DNA of 61,837 nt, counting the filler, from Dugesia japonica (Eukaryota): NCBI GenBank assembly GCA_001938525.1. It is 5 parts of 5 records of this genome, joined end to end, with 100 filler letters (N's around TTAATTAATTAA, not from the genome) between each part and the next. Parts side by side here need not be neighbours in the genome. Positions count along the whole stretch, not along the records: positions 46,174 to 61,837 come from MQRL01600351.1; 4 more parts are not named here. One strand, given 5' to 3'. A program made the position numbers and the translations under genes. The notes under the pieces were generated by a model, which did no database searches, had not been told where the DNA came from, and saw only the letters and a program-made list of their open reading frames with translations. Shown one piece after another: positions 52,207 through 61,837 of the stretch (its first letter is position 1; each line of letters opens with the position of its first letter).

Positions 52207-53321
52207 AGAGTGACACTGATAAAATCCGGGAAGGAAACGAATTAAATTTAGCGAATAACCAAAAAGAACTTATAAATAAAATAAAAAAGGAATGAAGAAA
52301 CTTTAACATATAATTTAATGATGAAAAGATTGGCAAATAAAATTAGGCTAATAAATGAATAATTAAATAAAAGTAATTGAAAACTAATAAATTGAAAAAC
52401 GACCGCTAATTAAAAAAGAAGATGAAGCAATAAAAATTGTGAAATTGAAACAAAGAATGAGAAAAAAATTGGAATCATACAAATATATTTAAGTTTCAAG
52501 AAAAAGTTTTGATGAATAAATTAATTAAAGAGCAAACCCAGGAAACAAATAAAAAATATTAATAAATTACGAAATGAGAAACGAAGAAAATGAATGAGGT
52601 TGTGATAAATAACGAAGAATAAAAATTAAAACAAATAGTTCAATAAATGAATTAGATAGCAAATTAAAAGAAAACCAAATTTTAAATTAAAAGAGAATTG
52701 TCAATAATCTGAGAATAAAAGGGGAGTGGTAGAATTATAAAATAAATAAAATATAGTAATGTAAATAGAAAATGATATTAAGTGATATTGATATTAAATG
52801 ATATTGAGCAATTAAATACGAGATCATTATGAATATTATTATAAATTAAAATTACTGGTATCATTATTAAAATAGGAAACTATTATTGTAGAATAAAGGA
52901 AAATTATGGTAAAATCCGTAATTATAAAAATGAAATTTTTTTTGGTAAATTAAAAGTGAAATAATTCTAAATATTATTATTATTATTATTATAAGGTGAA
53001 TTTTTAAAAAATTTTTAAAAAGGAGAATTGTTTAGGTTGTTTTAATATTTCAATTTTTGTAAAGTTTTTTGGCATTAATTTGTATTTGGACAATATTTGA
53101 TAAGTAAATTTTGTACATTTTTACACAATTTTCACTATTTGATTGTGATTGATTTGTAATTAAAATATTGATTAAGTTTTAATTAAGTTGTAATTTATTT
53201 AAAAACAATAATTATATTTATTTATAATATATTTTATTCTAAAGATATTTAATTATTGTCTTATTTTATTGTAATGAATACAAAGGAAGAAAGTATTATT
53301 AATGAGGTGCATATTCCTCAC

Positions 53322-54452
53322 ATGGTGGCAGCGGTAAATACCGACTCGATTACCATACGTCTATTGCCCAACGAATTTTGTAAGGGCGAAGATATTGAAA
53401 AATTTATTAAAAAGACAGTGTTAGGTGAGCTTGGAAAACTCATCGAATCATTAACATCACATTTCAACTCCATAAATTTATTAAAATAAAAACTATAACA
53501 TCCTTATTTGGTTAATCAAACAAATTAAAATCCATGCTTCAATTGGGAATTATTTTCTAATAAATTTAAAATTTTAAATTAAAACTTTATAGTTATTGGA
53601 TTGGACTAGTGAATTGGATGAAATTTTTTAAGGTTGCATTAATGTCGGAGCTGATTCTGAATTTCCCAGATTTGAGCAAAAATATTTTTTTAGAAACAGA
53701 CGCTAATTTGAAACTATTGGAGCGGTATTATCTCAGAAAGACAATCAGGGTAGTGAAAGAGTGACAGCTTATGGATTGCATTGTTGAGTCAATTTTTAAG
53801 AATTGTATCTTGCGATTTGGATGCCCCAGAGTGTGGCGATCAGATTGCGGGAAGGTATTTTAATCAAAGGTTGTGAGAGAATTTGCAGAGAAATTCAATA
53901 TCAGATTAAAAACATCAAGTCCGTATCATCATAATACAAACTGACAGATTGAGCGACAGTTTCGTACAATACGAGAATGGTTGAGGGCTACAATGAAAGA
54001 AAGAGGGACAACAGACTGGTAGATATTCTACCAGAAATAGAATACTCAATAAACGCAACGAAACAAAAGACTACAAAAATGTGTCCTGCACAATTAATAT
54101 TTGGAAGACTTATTAGTATAGAAAGATGGTATAAATAAATAAAAGGGTAATAATAAAATAGATAAGAAAATAATCAGAAATAAAAGAAATATTAATCAAT
54201 AAAATGGTAAGAAAATTATTATTAAATAATAATAATTGGAATTAAAAAGCACAAGAAAATATTGAACAAAACCTAGGGTAAAACAGTAAAAAGAAAATAA
54301 AGATGTAATGAATTGTTGAGAAAACAAAGATATGATTAAATATTAAAAGATGTAATAATTGAAGATGATCAATAATTACATAACTTCAAAGAAACTTATG
54401 TAAAATACTGCTCACAAAATAAATCAAACCGTTTAAGTGATTGGAAAGGAGA
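53322..54452 (+). mobile_element. Internally deleted Ty3/gypsy relic (PBS, gag start, RNase H and integrase fragments, PPT)
   Basis: CA|TGGTGGCAGCGGT; FLETDAN..IGAVLSQKD; RFGCP..SDCG..SSPYHHNTN*QIER..EIEYSINATKQ; GGAAAGGAGAA|TGT at about 54443-54455. Confidence 0.85.
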
Positions 54453-56499
54453 ATGTAAATAAAACAAGGAATATATATCATTATTTATAATATATATAAA
54501 TGTGTTAATGTAGCTACATTAACATTCATTATCATATAATGAAATAAAATTATTTTGATACAAAAAATGGAAAGATTAAAACAAATAATTATATTGAAAT
54601 ATTTTAAATTTAAAAGAAAAACGATTGGAAAAGAAAGGCAAAATGAATAATCACCATCATTATAAATAATAAAATATGGGATTATTCGTCAGATTTAAGT
54701 AGATAAATTGTATTATTAATAATAATAAAATTATAATAATAATTTATTATTATAATTTCATGAAAAATAGGAAAATGTGAAATTATCATTATTATCGATA
54801 AATATAATTAAAATTATTATTATTCAATAAATATTATTATTTATAATGAACACGAAGAAATTATAACTGGAAAGTTATATGTAGAAGAAGGTCTGGTGAT
54901 TTTATGTAAGTGTTCAGGATTGATATTTTCATATTTACATGTGATTGTGTTTTCTTTACAAGTTTTAGAAAATTATTATTTTTTGAGAAAATATTATTTT
55001 TCAAGCCTTTCCAAATAATCCGCACAATCCACTACAGAATTAACTAAAAAATAATCATGTCCATATTTGGAAATCTCTGTAGAAAGTACGGGTGAGCAAC
55101 GTACGATTTCTTTCATTAACAGAAATCTGAAGTGGACACCAACTGTACTTGTCAAATTTTGACGATACAGTGAGGTATAAGAGGAAAGCAAAAAATTTGA
55201 TTTTTCAGTCTTAAATTTTTCTTTTCTGAGCTCTTAGAGCTTGATTTAACAAAACTACTAAGTGGCCGTATTATAATTATTTTTTACAGCAGCTATCTGC
55301 AACTATCAGGAAGAGAAGTAATATTTGTTTCATTTATTTTATAATATTTGAAATTTTTTATAATTAAATAAAGAATACTGGGGTCGTGATCGTCAGTAAT
55401 TAGCTTCATTGGTTGCGATGATTATTACCTATCAGATATCTTACCACGAAGTCCTCTATGATTATATAATATACAATATTAAAGGAACTTATAGTTGAAA
55501 AATAAAATCACAATTTTTAAACGAGATGATGAACGAAATGATAACTTACGAACAAGAGGATAGATGATAAATGATATGATAATTTATAGATGACAGTTGA
55601 TAACGTAGAATTAAGATGATAGTTGAAAAATGAAAAGGTTTTTTATAAATGAAATAATGTTCGATATACGAATAAATAACTTGTAAATGGATTGATAGCA
55701 TATACATGAAGCATATAATAAAAAGCTTAAAAGCAATGACAAAAGTAATTGACAAATGAGATGATAATTGTTGAACGAAATATTAGTTAAATGAAGAGTT
55801 TCAAGGAGTTGTTAATAAATGAATCATGCAATCGGAAGTTGAATTACCAATAAAAATAGCACGAAGGTTAAACTGAAAGTATAATATGAAAGTGTAATTG
55901 CTAGTGCAGACATAACTTAAATAAACAATGATTGATGGTGGTGATGGTTGAACCTTTTACTCATAATTTTATAACTGAATTCGAGACGGTTGTTATTATT
56001 TATAAAATATTATTAGTTCTTAGGATTTAAATTGCTATTACTTATTCAAAATATTTTTATGAATTTATTAATATTATGAAAATATTCAATTGATTTAATT
56101 CTAATACTTAATAATGTGTTTAGATTCAACCATGTTGTCTTATAATAGTATAGGGTGATCGATATTGGCTGCTCGCAAATAAAGTATCTTGCAAGAAAAT
56201 GAAATACAAGCTTCAGGATACATTGCCAGTAAATTAATATACAATGAACAAGAACTGCTACATAGCGTGCCAGTTCCGACCAGAATGATGAGCCATAGAT
56301 AACCGGTTATATGAAGAGAAGGTATCTTATGAGTATTATTTTCTTGATAAAGTAAATGACTGTTAAATTGTATAAATGCAACCATGCAAAAACACTATAG
56401 TTTATCTAAAATAACGCGAAGAATCATGCAGGCAGATACTGAGAAATATTTGAAGGGTGGATGGTCCTTCTCCACAGGCTCTACAAATACAGACGTGGA

Positions 56500-56900
56500 T
56501 CCATGGATCGTCCAAAATCGACTCTGAAAAAACGATATTCAACTAATAACAATAAAAGAAAAAATAGCCTATCAGGAGGAAATACTTCGCCAGAAATTGA
56601 CAGTACTCGACATACTACAGGAGAAGGTAGATAATCAAGAGCAAACCTATAAAAAACGACTCTCTAAAATGACATCAAAGCAGGAGAAGCGAGAACAGGA
56701 ATTGGTAGCACTGCTCGTTTGATTCATGGAATTAGCAAAGCAGCAACAGCATCTACTTCGAACAATGAAGACAACACAAACCATGGCCGAGAAGTACACC
56801 AAGTTAACAGAAAAACTCTCGGCCAAGGTGGAAACGATCTTACATCAAACTCTGGCTCCGTTAGATGAAACTGTTAACATTAAAGAAGCTGCCCTATGAT
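56500..56900 (+). pseudogene. GC-richer coiled-coil ORF relic, probably retroelement-derived
   Basis: KEKIAYQEEILRQKLTVLDILQEKVDNQEQ..; one internal stop; compositional island. Confidence 0.3.
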
Positions 56901-57035
56901 TATTTGTTAAATCACAATATAGTTTCATTTTCATGATTTGCTTTCTTTTAATTTACGAGTAGAGATTGGTCGTTGTTGAAGTAAATTTTCAAAAATAATA
57001 TGAAAAATAAACTCAATGACAATATAAAATAGAAT

Positions 57036-59522
57036 TCAAGGCTTGAGTAGTTCCCCTTGTAAATAGTTAGAAATCAACATATTAACTTCAACACTATAAC
57101 CACAAGACAATGAATCTAAGTCTAAAGTCCTACAATCAACAAGAATTTTTTCCAAGTCAAAATGAATCCATTCAAGGTTCATAAGAGGAATCTTTTGGCT
57201 TAATGCCCAACCATACAGATTATTAATATCTATGTATAGAAGCTCAGTATTATTATCTGTAGCTACATTGTGCTTATTCACAAAAGTAAGAATCCTCTAA
57301 TACCACTTTCATAAAATGAATACATATCATTATCAGTCAAAAACTCAATGGGTTCATTTAAAGTCATCAAGGCAGAAGCCCAACTTATTCCAGGAATTCC
57401 AAAGAAATTAAGTGGTTCTAACCTATTAGGTTCTAAAGATTTAACCCGAAATTGCTGAAAGAAATCAGTCAAAAGAAAAACATCAAGTTTCATCATATAG
57501 TCTAAAAGATTCTTATAACTCGAAAATTCCCACATTTCAAAAGCTTTAAAATAATTTTCCTCAATTAACTCCATCCCAAATTGGTGTTAATGATAATGTT
57601 TCCTCTTAAACTTCTAAACTAGTCGCAAAGTTATAAGGAAAAATCCCCTTAGTCCTAATAAGTCTACTATCCTTAAACTCATTTGATGTTAATGGAGTTG
57701 AATTTATTGTCTTACCAGCAGCATCAAGAGAAGAATTTATAAATTGGTAACCATCAATAAATTTACTGATACTTTTGATATATGTGCAGTTAAACTCAAG
57801 AAATTTTCACTAGTAAGTGTAATCCAAGAAATCTACAAATTTGAAAAGTTACTAAGTCCATGCTTTAAAATATGGTTGAGATCGTATCCCTTCAAATAAT
57901 GAAATACTACCAGAAGTTCAAACCTTATTTTCCTACTTATATTGCATTTAGAATAAGCAGCTCCTATATATTTACTAGTGAAGTGATCATGGTTTTTAAC
58001 AGGGTCTTTAATTGATTTTCTGCATAAATAACAGATCGTAGATCTTTTAAAACTTATATCCTCATCATGTGTAATTATAATCAACTTTCTACTATTTTTT
58101 CATACTAAGGTTGGACAATGTTTTTAGTTAAATCCTCAATCATTTGCAGGAAATCGGTAATCCAATCATAGCCGATGAATTGATAATACTTATATTCATT
58201 AGTGAAATTATTTACTAATAAAAGTCCAGCAGAAATCTGTTAATGACGTTGAAAGTATTTTGGATTTTTAGGTAAAACTGATTCAAAATCAGCGTAAATT
58301 TCGAATGGAGGAGTGATCATCTTAGAGTAATCTTTAAATAATAATTCTTTCTCATCAGGCATTCTATAACGAGTTGTACTAGTTTGAATTCTTTCACAAA
58401 GAGGTTTATGATTTTCAAACGCAGTCTTATCTCTAAACCTATTCAAGCAATTTGGACACCATATTGATCGTATTCGCGTTTCATCATTTCCTACATCACG
58501 ATTCATCAACCTATTTAAATTCATTACAGATGAGTAATGAAACTTATCCTTATTTTCTAGCAATAACAAGTATACTTTTCCCCTTTCAACTGTACTCTTG
58601 TGTATAATGTATAAATTCGGGTGTTTCAATACCAACTCATCATCCTCACAATCGTTAACAGAAACAGAATTCTAAGACAAGACATTTATAGAAAGACCAG
58701 GGTTTTCCTTTTCAAACTTAAGAATATTAGGCAGCCTCATTGGTATGTTCAAATGGTCAAATACAAGTTCACCTAAATATTTCTTACATTGTCGCTCGAA
58801 ATATCTATGTTTTTTGTAAACATCTTCTCGTTTAAGTATAGCAAGAATACTATACATAAAACATAGATCGTCAATATTTTTTACATTGACTATAGCTTTT
58901 ATATCTTTTAAATATTTAGGAATATCTATCCAGCAACTTCCAGAGAGTCTACTTATATTAGTGACCTTAGTTAATTTAAAAGAAATTTCTAAAATTCGGT
59001 TTAAGATCCAACTACTACCTAATTCAGATCTTATAACTATTTTTTCGTTTAATTGTTTAATGCCATCATCAAAGAAGTCATCAGCCAAAGAAACAGCCCT
59101 TTTTGAAAGCCTACAAATCTTAATTTCCTCGTCCTTAACAAATTCAACTTCAATACCAATTTGAATTTTTACATTTTTCATTTCTTTAATTAAAGCTAAT
59201 AATTTTCAATTAATTTTTCAGTCAACATAATTTCTCTTATATAATAATTAGAAACATCTAATTTTAATACTCGATAATATTTAGGTAAGTCCGTCTCAAC
59301 AATCGGTTCATCAAAATTAAGAGATCCACCAACTTGGTTTTCTTGTAAAAACTTATTCAAAACAGCTTTCTCATCGCCTAATTCCTTATTAAAATCAATA
59401 GAATTACCATTTAGATCAACAGTCGGATCATTAACTGAATTAACAGCCAGATCAACAACCGGATCCTCAACTGAAGCAACAATATTTTTAGAAGAACCAA
59501 AAAGATCAATGACATTTTTCAA
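57036..59522 (-). pseudogene. Polinton pPolB N-terminal two-thirds, group-2/EndoVII type, frameshifted
   Basis: NVKNIDDLCFMYSIL..FHY (vOTU-like), CPNC..HKPLC zinc finger, IYADFES (ExoI), CYLC..NHDHFTSKYIGAAYSKCN (EndoVII/HNH), FHYLKGYD (ExoII), YMMKLDVFLL (ExoIII), SGIRG, YIDINNLYG (motif A). Confidence 0.92.
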
Positions 59523-60429
59523 ATTAAATCCTCAAAAAAAGAAAGAAATTGTTGCAAGAGTCTAAAAGTTTCAAATTTCCAAATAGATGGGTAACGCAGT
59601 TTAAAATACGCAAGAATATTCAATATGCAAACCTTGGTGAGATGTTGTCCAAATTCAAGTATAACGTGGAATGTAGATTTCGCGCTAAATTAAAAAATGT
59701 TTTCATCTAAATGACATCCGCTTTATAGATAAAGCATAAATATTTAACATTTAGTTCATGATTATTCTTTGAAAATTTTAGTTACAGCAACGTTATTAAG
59801 AAAACTTCAATTAAAATTATTCATCAAAACAATTTGAATCTTTTAATCTGTTTGTTAGTAATCCTTCAAAAACGCGGAAGAGTTGAAATTTTCAAAATTT
59901 GAAAAATTATTAGAATTAGGGCAGTTTGATTTTATTTCATCATCACAACTAATTTGAAAAGTCTAATCGTTAAGAGAACCTGCTTTGTGTGTTCAGCCAA
60001 CTCGCCCTGTTTTTTGACTATAAGATCGAACTTCTTTATCAGGCGATTTCGTTGTGTGAGGTGGTGTAGAAGCACCCGTTCGTTTTGATGTTTAATGTGA
60101 GGCTCGAGTAATAATTTCTGTAGAAGCCAGTAGCAGCGGCGAAGGCTGATGAGTAGGTAGAAAGTAGCGTCTCAAAACATTAGCAGTTATCGCGCATCCA
60201 ACTACTCCCCGGGTGTGGCTCGGAAACACATTATGATTGTGCTATTATTTTTATACTATAATTTTTTGGTTAGTTATTTTTTCTAAGATCAAAAAACCTT
60301 TGATCGGATCAAAATTTTTTGATAGGATCATACTTTTTTGATTCTGGTCGTGTGTATGTAGTTTTTAATTTTAAAATTTGTGTATCTCTGGGTTGTTAAA
60401 GTGGTTTTTAAAAAAGAAGGTCAAGTTGA

Positions 60430-60790
60430 GTGTGTGTGTGTGTGTGTGAAAGAAGTGTTTTGGACTCGAGTAGGAGCTGCAGATCTTGGAACTAAATTTT
60501 TTGGAGTTTTTAAGATTTGGTTGTTGTTGGACAAAAATTAACTCTATTTATTGTTTTAAGGACTTATGGGGTTGGATGGATGGATTTTGCTAGAAGTGTA
60601 GTAGATAACATCAGTCGTATGAGTTTTCGTGTGGGGTGTTTTTTGGTAGATTGTAGTTTTGTATGTGGTTGATGAAATTTGTTGGTTGATGTGTTGTTTG
60701 AGAGGTAATGGGATTGAGAAGATTTTGTATGTTGAATGTGTTTTGCTTTTTTATTTTAAGAGCTTGAATTTGATTGGTTGATTTTTGCGA
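60430..60790 (-). other. Strand-biased (C/A-rich on minus) block ending in (CA)n, possibly a non-LTR retroelement 3' relic
   Basis: Compositional skew and adjacent (GT)n tract only. Confidence 0.2.
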
Positions 60791-61049
60791 GTAGTATAAG
60801 TGTGTTTAAAAATTTTTCTGGAGGGGAACAAACGTATGCATGAAAAGGCAATTAATTATCAGATTTTTTAAGATTTATTTGAAATTTTTAGAGCTATAGT
60901 GTATGACGTCATAATCTTTTGAAATCTTTATTTTGTTTTAAACTGCTGTATTTTGGTTAAAATGATTAATTTAATGAAAGTAATGGAATTTTTGTAAAAA
61001 TGATGTATTTTTAAATAATTTTTGAGTATTTTTGAACCGGAAAGAGGGG

Positions 61050-61760
61050 AGTCTCGATATTATTTTGGCGGGAAATTCAAAAAAATATTTTTTGGCGGGA
61101 AATTTAAAAATTTATTTTTGCATGGAAAATTAATTTTTTTTTTGAGCAGACTTTATATTTATGTATGAGATGGAGCAGTCTTGATATTTAGCATGGAGAG
61201 TTTCTATATTTTGCATGGTATAGGGCAGTCTAGATATTTTTCATGGAGCAGTCTCTATTTTTAGCATGGTATGGGCAGTCTTGATATTTTGCATGGACGA
61301 GTCTCTATATTTAGTATGGGGTGGGGCAGTCTTGATATTTTGTAAGATATTATTACAAGATATCGGACAGTCTTGATATTTTGTAAGATATTATTACAAG
61401 ATATGAGGCAGTCTTGATATTTTGCATGGTATGGACATGCTTAATATTTTGATATTTTGCATGGTATGGGTAGTCTCTATATTTTGCATAGGATGAAACA
61501 GACTGGATATTTTGCAGTAAACGGGTTAGTCTTGATATTTTTGTAAGAGATTGGACAGTCTTGATTGAAGTATTATTGACTATTTTTCTTTATATTTTTG
61601 CTTTAGATGAAACAGTCTTGATATTTTGCAAAGGATGGGACAATCTCTTTATTGATGCATGGTATTGGCAGTCTTGATATTTTGCATGGGTGACACTATA
61701 TTTAACATGGCATGAGGAGTTTCTATATTTAGCAGGGTCAGTCAAAATTCCTAAGCATGT
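61050..61760 (+). repeat. Subterminal-type tandem array homologous to 16350-16620
   Basis: Both begin TTTTGGCG(G/A)GAAATT, repeat (G)CAGTCT(TG/CT)ATATTT(T/A)GCATGG units and end CAGTCAAAAT. Confidence 0.8.
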
Positions 61761-61837
61761 GATTTTCATTGTATGTGTGTTGCATCTGAGTTGCCTCTGA
61801 GTTGCATATCTATTGCATATATTTAAATTTTATTTTT

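Noticed and set aside
60140-60175. CTGATGA...GAAA hammerhead-like string
   Set aside because: No pairing stem II or helix I, and no family tail.
57036-61760. Treating the 61-kb repeat array as the TIR of the adjacent pPolB element
   Set aside because: Its orientation matches a left terminus reading rightward (as at 16284), so it points away from the polymerase; no matching end or TSD seen.

Overview
Very AT-rich eukaryotic (probably animal) draft-assembly sequence with short introns of about 44-54 nt. A planarian-like host is plausible but is only an inference. The window is not one locus. Four artificial 100-nt linkers (N44-TTAATTAATTAA-N44 at 9241-9340, 19542-19641, 32627-32726, 46074-46173) join five separate pieces. 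Content is mostly decayed mobile DNA. Polinton/Maverick remains include two different protein-primed PolB classes, a major capsid pseudogene missed by the ORF track, and five AGTAG-type termini with subterminal repeat arrays. There are also three Ty3/gypsy relics, several Tc1/mariner and hAT relics (one SPIN/URR1-like MITE with a perfect TSD) and foldback elements. Host-like genes are a two-exon secreted PAN/apple-like protein, a ubiquitin-like exon and the first three exons of a divergent Vps33-like gene. The most striking unannotated signal is a dispersed, usually inverted repeat family carrying a minimal type I hammerhead ribozyme of the Penelope/retrozyme kind, with one intact copy at 12123-12166. 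All protein and element assignments come from motif recognition by eye; no database search was run.
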